A DNA stretch of 64,000 nt, taken from assembly GCA_965248925.1 (NCBI GenBank), contig CBDFLE010000006.1, forward strand, positions 768,001 through 832,000. The letters are read 5' to 3'. Numbering within the stretch: the stretch's first letter is position 1; each line of letters opens with the position of its first letter. A program made the translations under genes and the position numbers. Positions 10,445 to 19,683 of the stretch are shown here, piece after piece. The DNA comes from Candidatus Multivoradales bacterium (GTDB lineage Bacteria > Acidobacteriota > Thermoanaerobaculia > Multivoradales > J023). The notes beneath the pieces are model-generated. The model was not told the origin of the DNA and made no database searches. It worked only from the letters and a program-made list of their open reading frames with translations.

Positions 10445-12055
10445 TCAAACCGGCCGCGCTCCGCAGGGAGGCAGACCTAAACACTGGCCCCGTCGGAGTT
10501 CGGACTGGGCGGTTTCGATCGCTGCTATCGTCAGGCCCGCGGCGGAGTGTTGGATGGCGCTCAGCTGCTGCAACGCTGCGGCGGCGATGCGGTTGCTCTT
10601 GCGCGGTTCCAGCAGGCGGCCTACATGATTTGCAGCCTCGTGGGCTGCCACTACTTTGCCGCGCTCCAGCAACACGGATAGCAGGTCGAGGGTCACCAGA
10701 GACCAGTCGAAGACGTTGATCGGCCAAAGCAGTTCCTGAGCCTGACGCAAGAGGGTCTCGGCTGGAGCAAGATTGCCCAGCTTGCGCCCGATAACGCCAC
10801 GAAACCAACACATGGTGCCACGACTGAAAAGATCAGAGGCTGTGATGAAAGCCTCAGCTTCAGCGAGCTGATCCAGAGCTTCCTCTGGGCGTTCTTGAGA
10901 TAGCGCCACATGTGCAAACCCCTGGCGAGCGGCGGCGTGATGTCGATGGTCGGAGGGGCAAAGCAGTCCTACACCAATTTGGAAGTTCGACCTAGCCTTG
11001 TCCAGATCTCCCACCAGAACCAGAGCGACACCCCGGTCGATGTGGGCCTGACCTAGCTTGTGTGGGTCAGCCTCTTCCTGGAAGACTCGCAGCGCTTCGG
11101 CGTTAACACTTAGAGTTTCTGGATAGCGAGCGTACGACTGGAGCAGGGTTGCCATCCGCTGCAGGAGGTCACCCCGCACAGCTGGCGAGGCTGTGTCGCA
11201 GACTAACGCCATGGCTCTGGCCGCTTCCTCATGGCTGGCAGCCAGTCGACGAGCGGAAGCGAAGACGCCTGTAGCGCTGGCGAAGGCGTCGCGGGCTTCA
11301 GCTGCGGGCAGCTTGGGGCATACTGATAGCGCCAGCTCGTGTGCCAAAGAAGCGGCGTTTTGGGGTTTAGAGTAGCGTAGGTCATCAAGCACTTTGGCGG
11401 CGAGACTGACGAATTCGGTGCATTCGCAATAGGGATGATGGAAGTAGTCGCGCCGCTGGTCGAGTGAGACCGCCAACATCTCTGCGAAGAGTCTCTCACG
11501 GGTGAAGTGGCGAATCGCGGGGCTGGCAACCGGCGGCGAGGCCAGACTTCCCACGCCGTGCAAGTTCTCAGCGACCTCGCGCAGTTGCTGGATCGCTGGC
11601 GGTTCGTGTCGCGGGTCCAGATGCAGGGTTTCGAGTAGCCAGCGGCCAGAGCCGACAGCTGGTGGCTCCGGCGGTGGCGGTTGTTCCAGGCCAAAGGCTT
11701 GGCCGAAGAAGTCTTCAGGTGACTCGCCAGCTTCAATAAGTATTCTCTCCAGACTCTCGACTGACATCTTTCGCTTACCCTTGATCATCCGGGAAATCTT
11801 GCCACCAGCGCCTAGGCCGGCCGCTCGTTCGATCTCTCGGATTCTGCCTCGATTCTTGTTCTTCAGCAGCGATAGCTGTCGGTAGATCGGCCCTGTAGTA
11901 GCGCCTCGCTCGATCACGGCATGGTCCGCCTGAGACTTTTCATAATGCCAAAGAGTATAGGCCATTTTCCTCGCGCTCTCTACTTGAGCGACCCCGCGAA
12001 CCCAAGGGGGTTCACCCGCTCGTTCTGGCTTGGCCGTGAGACTCGTTTTGCTCAT
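10445..12055 (-). CDS. XRE-like HTH plus TPR protein
   Basis: IREIERAAGLGAGGKISRMIKGKRKMSVESLERIL HTH; C-terminal TPR-like helical repeats. Confidence 0.65.
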   Translation of the reverse strand: MSKTSLTAKPERAGEPPWVRGVAQVESARKMAYTLWHYEKSQADHAVIERGATTGPIYRQLSLLKNKNRGRIREIERAAGLGAGGKISRMIKGKRKMSVESLERILIEAGESPEDFFGQAFGLEQPPPPEPPAVGSGRWLLETLHLDPRHEPPAIQQLREVAENLHGVGSLASPPVASPAIRHFTRERLFAEMLAVSLDQRRDYFHHPYCECTEFVSLAAKVLDDLRYSKPQNAASLAHELALSVCPKLPAAEARDAFASATGVFASARRLAASHEEAARAMALVCDTASPAVRGDLLQRMATLLQSYARYPETLSVNAEALRVFQEEADPHKLGQAHIDRGVALVLVGDLDKARSNFQIGVGLLCPSDHRHHAAARQGFAHVALSQERPEEALDQLAEAEAFITASDLFSRGTMCWFRGVIGRKLGNLAPAETLLRQAQELLWPINVFDWSLVTLDLLSVLLERGKVVAAHEAANHVGRLLEPRKSNRIAAAALQQLSAIQHSAAGLTIAAIETAQSELRRGQCLGLPPCGARPV

Positions 12056-12152
12056 TTGGGGAGCTTTTCCAACGATCTTGCCGCGCCACTTGCGACTCCG
12101 GCCAGGATTCGCCGACCCTGCGGTCTACAACGCAGGTCAAGAGGAGGCCAAC

Positions 12153-12500
12153 ATGTCCGACGAAACCAAAACCAAGAGCAAACCCCCACCTTTCGAAGAC
12201 ACCTTCTGGCGTGACCTGTTGGAGGCTAGCTTCAGAATCAAAAGAGAGCACCGGCGACTTGGCAAATTGCTCGGCATCGCTTTCGATAACAACAGCCAAC
12301 GATTGGCTGGCGGGGTCGCCAACCCCACCGATATCCCCACAGCGAAGGATCCCTGCCAGGTGTTGGTGCATTCCATGATCGTGCTCGAATTCGTGGCCAA
12401 GATCCTGCGCGACTCGGCGCGAGAGACCGGGAATGGCGGCCAAGGACCCGCTAGCCAAGCGGCAGCAGCAGCTCCGCCCAGCGACGGAGACTCGCCGTGA
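12153..12500 (+). CDS. Hypothetical protein
   Basis: RBS GAGGAGG before ATG 12153; stop overlaps the next start. Confidence 0.5.
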   Translation: MSDETKTKSKPPPFEDTFWRDLLEASFRIKREHRRLGKLLGIAFDNNSQRLAGGVANPTDIPTAKDPCQVLVHSMIVLEFVAKILRDSARETGNGGQGPASQAAAAAPPSDGDSP

Positions 12501-13489
12501 GCCACCAGTCCCCAATCCAACTAGCGGATCTGCGCCGCGCCGGCCTGCTGGCCGCCAAGCACCAAATCCTCGCCGAACGGGCTTTGATGGAACCCTGGCC
12601 CAGCGCCCTGCTGGCGCCAATCCCACCCGGTGCCCGCTGGCAAGGCGACGAAGATCCGGCGCCGCAGTTCTACCCGCTGGGCAGATGGGGCAACCTGATC
12701 GCCGACCTACGCCAAGACAGCGATGCCTTGTTGGGCTACATGGCCGCGTCGGATGCGGATTTGTGGGAGCAGTGGGATGCCCACGCCGCCGACAGCCAAT
12801 GTCTGCCCAATTGGCGCAGAAAGAGCGGAGCTGAGGTGTGGTTGGCGACCCGTGAGCACGACCTGCGGCGGCAAACTTCCCTCGGTGCCGCCGCCCAGCT
12901 GATCAAAACCTGGCGGCTGATGCTGAGTGCTCGCGACGGCTCAGCGCCCGCCGAACTACTGGCCAGCGTGCGGGATCTGATTACCGAGTTGCTGCTCTTT
13001 GCCCGCGCACCCCAAGAACCCATTTCAATCAGCGCCCTGAGCGACTGCACCGGCGTTACGAGCCTTGGCGATAGCGCCGCACCCCGCGGCGCTGCGCCCT
13101 CCAAACCCGGTTCGGGGGTTGCCACCATGGCCCCCGAACCGGGTCCTTTTTCAACCGCTTGTAGGCAGGACTCAACAATGAAACCAGAGCGCATTCAACT
13201 CGGCATGAAAGACCTTTCTCATTGGCGGCAGCAGGGCGACTCAGCAACGTTTGTTTGCTCGCTGCAATTTGACGATCAGCAGGCGGCGCAAGATTTCTTG
13301 AAGACTATGCTGAAGATGGCGCGGAACTTGAGCGTCGACCTCGATGTCAACCTGCGCGGCCTTAGTCTCACACTGATTCTGCCAACAACCCGCGAGAAGC
13401 TCAGGGAAGGCCATCTGCTACTGGCCCGAGGGGTCGAAAGCCTGGCCGCCTTGTCCGACCAGGGCACGCGGTCTGAGGAGACGCCTTGA
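12497..13489 (+). CDS. Hypothetical protein with a C-terminal pterin-4a-carbinolamine dehydratase (PCD)-like domain, possibly a separate gene from ATG 13178
   Basis: MKPERIQ...WRQQGDS...FDDQQAAQDF...LLARGVE fits the PCD fold pattern; AGGA precedes ATG 13178. Confidence 0.5.
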   Translation: MSHQSPIQLADLRRAGLLAAKHQILAERALMEPWPSALLAPIPPGARWQGDEDPAPQFYPLGRWGNLIADLRQDSDALLGYMAASDADLWEQWDAHAADSQCLPNWRRKSGAEVWLATREHDLRRQTSLGAAAQLIKTWRLMLSARDGSAPAELLASVRDLITELLLFARAPQEPISISALSDCTGVTSLGDSAAPRGAAPSKPGSGVATMAPEPGPFSTACRQDSTMKPERIQLGMKDLSHWRQQGDSATFVCSLQFDDQQAAQDFLKTMLKMARNLSVDLDVNLRGLSLTLILPTTREKLREGHLLLARGVESLAALSDQGTRSEETP

Positions 13490-14211
13490 ACGACTTGGCA
13501 ATATTTCCTTGTGCCGTGAGCAAGGGCGGGATGGTGGGCACCGCCGCCGACCGCTCCGCGCAGCGGTCGACGGCCAAGCTGAAGCCAAAGGACCGCTTGC
13601 TGCGGCACGGAGCGGCTGGGTTGACGGATACCGAACTGCTAGCAGTCTTGCTGCGTTACCGCTCGGCCGAGGAAGTGGCGGCGGGCCTACTGCCAACCGC
13701 TGGCGGGCTGTGGGAGCTGTTTCGCGCCCAGCGCGAGGCATTGGTTCGCAGTGGCGCCAGCGAGGGGCGAGTGGCTGTTCTGATGGCGGCGGGAGAGCTG
13801 ATGCGGCGGCTGGCTAAGGCCAAGATCAGCCATCGCCGGCTGCTCGATGAGCCCTCCGTTGTTGCTGAGTTCCTGGCCCTGGATGGCAACTACGATCAAG
13901 AGGTTCTCGGTGTGCTTCTGCTCGATGGGAAACTCAGACTGATCGCCAAGTGTGAGATTTTTCGCGGCACAGCGCACCAATCGCCGGCCACGCCAGCACC
14001 GATTCTTCGGGCCGCGATACGGCACAACGCCACTTCATTGATCGCATTTCACAACCACCCTAGTGGCGACCCTGCGCCCAGCGATCACGATCTGCTGTTC
14101 ACTCGCCAGTTGGCCGAGGCGGGTAAGTTGTTGGCAATACCCTTGGTCGATCACCTAATTCTCGGCGAATGTGGAAGTTGGGTTTCGCTGGCGCGGCGCA
14201 ATGCTTATTAG
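13486..14211 (+). CDS. radC: RadC/UPF0758 JAB-domain protein
   Basis: PKDRLLRHGAAGLTDTELLAVLL; HNHPSGDPAPSDHD; VDHLILG. Confidence 0.92.
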   Translation: MNDLAIFPCAVSKGGMVGTAADRSAQRSTAKLKPKDRLLRHGAAGLTDTELLAVLLRYRSAEEVAAGLLPTAGGLWELFRAQREALVRSGASEGRVAVLMAAGELMRRLAKAKISHRRLLDEPSVVAEFLALDGNYDQEVLGVLLLDGKLRLIAKCEIFRGTAHQSPATPAPILRAAIRHNATSLIAFHNHPSGDPAPSDHDLLFTRQLAEAGKLLAIPLVDHLILGECGSWVSLARRNAY

Positions 14212-14238
14212 GCGGACAATTCGGCCTCTGCTGGCCAC

Positions 14239-16014
14239 TCAGCCGGCATAGATCGAGTCGATCACCACTGCCCAATTCTCTTCCACCACCCGACGTTTTA
14301 CTTTCAAGGTCGGGGTCAGCTCGCCAGCCTCCAGCGACAAGGACCGGGGTAGTACCCGAATCACTTTGACTTGTTCGACCTTGGCCAAGTGGCTGTTGAC
14401 CTCGGCCAATCCGGCGGCCAACTGGCGTTCGACTTCGACATGGGTAGGCAATTCCTCGACCTCGACACCGAGCTTGGTCGCCAGATCCGCGGCTCGGTCT
14501 GGGTCGAGGGTCAGCAAGGCGGAGATGAACTTGCGCCCATCGGCGATCAACACGGCGTCGCCCACCAGCTCGATCTGCTTGAGTGCCGACTCGATGTTGT
14601 TGGGGGCGATATTCTTGCCGCCAGAGGTGATCATGATCTCCTTCTTGCGCCCGGTGATGCTCAAGAAACCGTCTGCGAAGACCCCCAGGTCTCCAGAGTG
14701 CAACCAGCCATCCGCATCGAGCACTTCGGCGGTGGCGGCTTCTTCTTTGAGGTAGCCCAGGAACACATTCGGCCCTCGCACCCACACCTCTCCGTCTGCC
14801 GCCAGCCGCACCTCGACTTCGGGCAGTGGGGGGCCGACGGTACCAAAGCGGGTCTTCCCCGGCCGATTCCAGGTGGTCGGCCCGCAACCTTCGGACTGGC
14901 CGTAGACCTCATGGATGACAATCCCCAGACCGGCGAGGAAATGCAGCACTTCAGCGGCGATGGGCGCCGCCCCGGACGCACAAATCCTTGCCTGATCAAG
15001 CCCTAAAGCCCGCTTCACCTTGCGTTGTACCAGGCGCTCGGCAAGGCGTTCTCGGAGCCCTAGCCAAGCGCCCGGATCGAGGCCGCGGTTACGCGCCTCG
15101 GCGGACCGCTGCGCCACCCACATCGCCCAGCTGACCAGCCGGGCCTTGATCCCCCGAGTTCCTGCCATGCGCTCACTCAAGGCGGTTTGCATTCGCTCCC
15201 ACACCCGTGGCACGCCGAATACCACCGTCGGTCGCACCTCTTTCAAGTTGTCCAACATCCGCTCGATCGACTCGGCGTAGTACACCGGATAGCCAGCGTA
15301 GGTCGGTACATGGATCGACAACATCTGCTCGGCGATGTGAGCCAGAGGTAGGTACGACAACGCCCGATCTGTCGCTCTGGCGGCCAGCAAGCCGGCACAA
15401 ATGCGCGAAGTATCGAGCAAATTCGCATGCGAAAGCATCACCCCTTTGGGCGGGCCCGTGGTGCCAGAGGTGTAGATCAGGCTGGCTAGCTGGTCGGGGT
15501 CGAGGGCCGCGCGCCGGGCCTGGAGAAGCTCTTCGGACAACGAGCCCCCATGCTCTAGTAGCTGGCGCCAGGAGATCGCCAGTGGATCGTCGGGAGTCTC
15601 GTCCTCCTCCATCACCACTACCCGACGCAACGCCGGCAGCTGATCTAGGACCTGCTCGACCTTGCGCCATTGCTCGCCGTTCTCGACCACCACCACAGCC
15701 GCCTCGGCGTGGGCTAGAACGTAAGCCACCTGGCTCGGCGCATTGGTGGTGTAGACCCCGGCCGCCGCGCCCCCGGTGGCCATCGCCGCCAAAGCGCCCA
15801 GGGTCCATGGCGGACGATTGAAGCCCAACAAGCCGACACTGGAACCGGGGCCGACGCCAAAGTCGGCGAAGGCTCGTGCCGCCAGCTGCACCTCAGCCTG
15901 GCAACGACGCCAGGATGTCGGCTGCCAGATGCCGCCTTGTTTAACGAAATAGGCAGGATCATCAGGTCGCCGGGCAGCGTGATGGTCTAGGCGGTCAAGG
16001 ATCGTCGTGGTCAT
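14239..16014 (-). CDS. Long-chain fatty acid-CoA ligase (AMP-dependent synthetase)
   Basis: YTSGTTGPPKG, YGQSE, GWLHSGDLG, GGKNIAP, ELTPTLKVKR; start taken at MTTTILD. Confidence 0.92.
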   Translation of the reverse strand: MTTTILDRLDHHAARRPDDPAYFVKQGGIWQPTSWRRCQAEVQLAARAFADFGVGPGSSVGLLGFNRPPWTLGALAAMATGGAAAGVYTTNAPSQVAYVLAHAEAAVVVVENGEQWRKVEQVLDQLPALRRVVVMEEDETPDDPLAISWRQLLEHGGSLSEELLQARRAALDPDQLASLIYTSGTTGPPKGVMLSHANLLDTSRICAGLLAARATDRALSYLPLAHIAEQMLSIHVPTYAGYPVYYAESIERMLDNLKEVRPTVVFGVPRVWERMQTALSERMAGTRGIKARLVSWAMWVAQRSAEARNRGLDPGAWLGLRERLAERLVQRKVKRALGLDQARICASGAAPIAAEVLHFLAGLGIVIHEVYGQSEGCGPTTWNRPGKTRFGTVGPPLPEVEVRLAADGEVWVRGPNVFLGYLKEEAATAEVLDADGWLHSGDLGVFADGFLSITGRKKEIMITSGGKNIAPNNIESALKQIELVGDAVLIADGRKFISALLTLDPDRAADLATKLGVEVEELPTHVEVERQLAAGLAEVNSHLAKVEQVKVIRVLPRSLSLEAGELTPTLKVKRRVVEENWAVVIDSIYAG

Positions 16015-16087
16015 CGGCAAGTCCTCCAGTCTGGCCTCTGGTTGGATAGGCAAACCCGGCGGTAGCCGCGGCACCCGACCCACCAGC

Positions 16088-17221
16088 TCAGCCATACAGT
16101 TCGGAGTAGGTCCGTACTTGGTCGAGAATCTCCTCTTCGCTAGCAAATCGTCGGGGGAATGCCGCGCCAACGGCAGCGGCAATATCACTCAAGTCGTGCT
16201 CACCATTCATTCGCTGCAACACCAGAGCGAGCACCTGGGCATCTGGGGAAAGACGCGGCTGGTACTCGGGGGTGCGCTTTCGCAGCCGCTGCGGCGACAG
16301 GGGCCGGCTCCAAAAGCCGCTTTGATCGAACTTCCGCCGCAGTCCTGTCTCACTCTGCAGCTGGGTCTGCCAGCGCCAAATATAGTCACCCGCGCCGGGC
16401 ACCGCTTGCAAGTCGACCCGCAGCTGGTCGCCGGGGGATAGCGCGACCGGTTCGGGGAAGGGAAAGAAACCCTGGCCGTAGAGTCGCTCCGAGCCCGGCG
16501 CCGAGCTGTAGCCCACGCCTTTGACCAGAGAAGTCTCAAACCACAACGCCAGGCCATGGGCTAGCGCGGCTTGCTCGATCCGCCATTCGAGACTGCCGGC
16601 ACAACCCTGGTGGCGTAGCTGGTAGTAGTCCAGAGTCGCCCAACAAAGCGGCTCAGTGAGGCAAGCCGAAGCGGGCAAATGTACCCGTGTCCAGCTGTTC
16701 AACGCCATCTGCCGGGCAGCGGCCAATTCGAGATCGAACGCCGAGTCGTCCCAGCCAGCGAGCAACTTCGCGAACGGCTCCGGTGCTGACACCACCGACC
16801 CCCAGAGGCGGTCTTGCGCCGGGATCAACACTCCATCCGGGCGCAGGAAACGCTCTTGCGCATCGCTAATCGTCGCCAAATGGCGGCCAAAGCAAGGTAG
16901 CGTGCCGCGCAAGTCGGACAGCACTACGTCCACCTGCTCGCTGGCTTTGAGTGCGGTGGAGAGCCCCTGGATCAGCTCGACCCGATCTGCCAAGCCATTG
17001 CGCGCCACCAGCTGCCGCGCCAACCCGATGATGTCGTTGGGCTCGACCGCAATCACTTTGGCGGCACCGAGACGCGCCGCCACCATGGCGAAGACTCCCG
17101 GACCAGTGCCGATCTCGAGAACCACCGACCCCGGCCGCACCGTTCGCCGCAATGCCTCGATATAGGCTTCCCGGCGAACTTCGTCAGTCAACATATGACC
17201 GAAGTCGCGTAAGTTGTACAT
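16088..17221 (-). CDS. PRMT-like class I SAM methyltransferase with C-terminal winged-helix/RRE-like domain
   Basis: MLTDEVRREAY, VLEIGTGPG, VDVVLSD, FLRPDGVLIP, HGLALWF; tail LQRMNGEHDLSDIAAAV. Confidence 0.8.
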   Translation of the reverse strand: MYNLRDFGHMLTDEVRREAYIEALRRTVRPGSVVLEIGTGPGVFAMVAARLGAAKVIAVEPNDIIGLARQLVARNGLADRVELIQGLSTALKASEQVDVVLSDLRGTLPCFGRHLATISDAQERFLRPDGVLIPAQDRLWGSVVSAPEPFAKLLAGWDDSAFDLELAAARQMALNSWTRVHLPASACLTEPLCWATLDYYQLRHQGCAGSLEWRIEQAALAHGLALWFETSLVKGVGYSSAPGSERLYGQGFFPFPEPVALSPGDQLRVDLQAVPGAGDYIWRWQTQLQSETGLRRKFDQSGFWSRPLSPQRLRKRTPEYQPRLSPDAQVLALVLQRMNGEHDLSDIAAAVGAAFPRRFASEEEILDQVRTYSELYG

Positions 17222-17222
17222 A

Positions 17223-17264
17223 TTCAGTGCATCTCGTTCAATGCATCTCGTTCAGTGCATTTCG
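17223..17264. repeat. Three tandem 14-bp repeats
   Basis: TTCAGTGCATCTCG / TTCAATGCATCTCG / TTCAGTGCATTTCG, directly upstream of the methyltransferase start. Confidence 0.85.
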
Positions 17265-17282
17265 CAGGTTTCGCTCGCCATC

Positions 17283-18254
17283 TTAACGCGACTCCAAATC
17301 GCTCTCGATCGCCACCGCGGCCGCCGCCAAACGGTCGAAACCACTGGGGTAGATCAACCGACGACAGAGGACCTGCCGCACCAAGTGCGACAGTCGCAGC
17401 AAGCGCTGCCGGCCCAGGCCCACCGCTTCGACTACGTAGGGGGTAAAGGAGTGGCGCAGCAGCTCGCGTAGCGCCGCCGCCGGCCGCAAGGTTTCGATCC
17501 GCGGTAGGTCGAGATCGGCCGAGGAACGCCGGTCGACAATGTAAAGAGCGTCGAGGACCGCGGAGTCGGCCGCGAAAAGACCCAGATCGTCGGCGGAGCC
17601 CACATCGACCCGGCGCTTGTCGTGCAGGGAGTGGACACTCGGTAGATGCCGCCAGGCGCCGCAGAAATGGGCCGCTTGATCAGGCCACATGCGCATCTGA
17701 GGGTAACCGGCGTGCCCCAGGAAGCTGCCCCGCAACTCCTCCACCGCCAGGATGTCGTCGCTCATCAGGCGGTGCCCTCGGAGCAGAAGGGCTGCTGCCA
17801 AACCAGTCTTACCCCCCGCGTTGCCCGACAAGAACCCCACAACCCGGTCGCCGATCCGCACCGCCGAGGCGTGCAGGGCCAAGACCCCGCGACGCTCAAG
17901 GACATAGCTCAAGACCGCGCCGAGAAAGTGAATCTCGAGTTCCGCCACCTCCCCTTCGGGATGCGGCAGGCACTCGATGAGTTTGTCCTCGACGCGAAAG
18001 TCAGCGACCCGCGGAATGCGCATCCACTGCACCTGGCCAGCAGCGAATAGCTGGCACCAAGGCTGACCATCTCGACGCTGGTAGGGGCTCGAATAGAGTA
18101 GCTCGCCAAGGTCAGCAGAATCTGGCGCAACCCCCTTTAGGACAGTGAATTGAAGGTCAGCCCGTAGGCCCCCGCATTCCGTCAAGCGGTTGGCAAATGG
18201 GAATTCGGTTTGAACCCGCAAGCCGTAAACGCGATAGGTCGGCACAGCGATCAA
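17283..18254 (-). CDS. HPr kinase-like protein (lasso-cluster kinase family)
   Basis: YRVYGLRV, LALHASAV, P-loop GNAGGKTG, LMSDDI. Confidence 0.85.
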   Translation of the reverse strand: MIAVPTYRVYGLRVQTEFPFANRLTECGGLRADLQFTVLKGVAPDSADLGELLYSSPYQRRDGQPWCQLFAAGQVQWMRIPRVADFRVEDKLIECLPHPEGEVAELEIHFLGAVLSYVLERRGVLALHASAVRIGDRVVGFLSGNAGGKTGLAAALLLRGHRLMSDDILAVEELRGSFLGHAGYPQMRMWPDQAAHFCGAWRHLPSVHSLHDKRRVDVGSADDLGLFAADSAVLDALYIVDRRSSADLDLPRIETLRPAAALRELLRHSFTPYVVEAVGLGRQRLLRLSHLVRQVLCRRLIYPSGFDRLAAAAVAIESDLESR

Positions 18255-19465
18255 CCAGTAACCGGCGATTCGACCAAAAGCGCTCGCCTAAGCAGGTCGT
18301 CGACCAAGGCGCCGCAGTCATCCTCCAAGCTCTTTCGATCCACCTCGAAGTCTGCCGCCAGCTGGTCTAGAGCCACTTCGAACCGACCATGCTCCAAGAT
18401 CCCGGCCCATAGACTGGCCGCCACTCCTCGCAGCTCATAGCAGCAGCCATCTCCAGCGGCGACAATTGTGGTCTCGCTATCGGGGGACACCGCGAGGACC
18501 TTGGCGGCAGGCCGTAGGGGACCCGCGGCACATCCCGACGATCGGTGAATCCGCGGTCGGCGTCCAGCAGCCGGCCAGCAGCCGTTTTTCGAACAAAACC
18601 GTGGCGGCGCCATCCGCCAAGCGTTCTCAGTCACTTTCCGTACCGAGTTCCACAGCTGACGCTCGGGTTCGTTCCAGGGAAAGCAAAAAGGCACCGGGCT
18701 GCCCAGCCAATAACGCCCCGCGCTATCTCGCGCCTGCCAATGTTGATGCCAGGCCAGGGCCTCACCACCGAGGTCGACCAGCGGCAGATCTCGCGCCGCC
18801 AGGCAAGCGGCAACCCGCGGCTCCGCCTCCCGGCAGGCAGTCCGGAAGTCGGGGTGGGATACCAGATGGGCAAAGATCACCTGCGGTGCCGCCAGAGTGG
18901 CCAGGAAACTGTTGAAACAAGCGCCACTGATCGCGCAATCGTCGACCACCACGCAGGGGCCTTCACCGTCGAGCTCTGAGGCCGCCACCAATTGATCAGC
19001 CCGCAATCCCAGAGCACTGGCCAACAAACCGGTCACCACCAGACCGCCACGGGGTACGGCAACAAATCTGGCCCGCGCCAGCTGATCGCCGAGACGAATT
19101 CTGAGCTGCTCGGCAAGACGTTGGCAGTCGTTCAGAACGTCCGCGAAATCGAAGTAGAGAAAGTGCCGGCAAGCCGAGTCCAATTGCCCGGCTTGAGCTT
19201 CGATACCAGCTAGCGCGGCCCTATCAAAGCGGCCAAATGCAGCGATTCTCGGCGTTGGAGTCAGCTTGGCGGCCCAGTGGGTTGCCGGCAACAACGCCCA
19301 CTCGGGACTGTGGGCAATCGCCTCTAACAGACCATCCAAAGCAGCCGCCGGCGCGCCTAGGCCCAAGGTACCACCGTAGGCGGTCAACGCCTCAGCCGAT
19401 AGCTCCAGGGCAACACAGGTCCAACCGGCCGATGAAGCCGGTGAAGCGGTACCAGACTGGATCAT
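18251..19465 (-). CDS. Type I phosphoribosyltransferase domain fused to a C-terminal PqqD/RRE
   Basis: FVAVPRGGL and PRPP-binding loop VVVDDCAISG; C-terminal YELRGVAASLW...LAADFEVDRKSLEDDCGALVDDLLRRALL. Confidence 0.8.
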   Translation of the reverse strand: MIQSGTASPASSAGWTCVALELSAEALTAYGGTLGLGAPAAALDGLLEAIAHSPEWALLPATHWAAKLTPTPRIAAFGRFDRAALAGIEAQAGQLDSACRHFLYFDFADVLNDCQRLAEQLRIRLGDQLARARFVAVPRGGLVVTGLLASALGLRADQLVAASELDGEGPCVVVDDCAISGACFNSFLATLAAPQVIFAHLVSHPDFRTACREAEPRVAACLAARDLPLVDLGGEALAWHQHWQARDSAGRYWLGSPVPFCFPWNEPERQLWNSVRKVTENAWRMAPPRFCSKNGCWPAAGRRPRIHRSSGCAAGPLRPAAKVLAVSPDSETTIVAAGDGCCYELRGVAASLWAGILEHGRFEVALDQLAADFEVDRKSLEDDCGALVDDLLRRALLVESPVTG

Positions 19466-19497
19466 CTCGGTACTCGATCCGGCGCCACGACGCGGAC

Positions 19498-19665
19498 TCA
19501 AACTCCCATCGTACCGCCGAGCGGGAAGTCCTCGATGCCACCCATCGGCCCCTGGGTGATCTCGGTGATCGCGCCCCACTCGACGAGTTCTGGCGCGCGA
19601 TATTGGCGCTTCTTGCGTACCGATTCTCCACCATCTAGGCGCTTCGGTGTTTTCTCACAAGTCAT
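19498..19665 (-). CDS. Lasso peptide precursor (55 aa); predicted core GPMGGIEDFPLGGTMGV
   Basis: RBS AAGGAG; leader motif YRAPELVEWGAITEIT (YxxPxLxxxGxxxxxT); Thr at -2, Gly1, Glu7/Asp8. Confidence 0.92.
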   Translation of the reverse strand: MTCEKTPKRLDGGESVRKKRQYRAPELVEWGAITEITQGPMGGIEDFPLGGTMGV

Positions 19666-19683
19666 CGGACTCTCCTTCAATTG

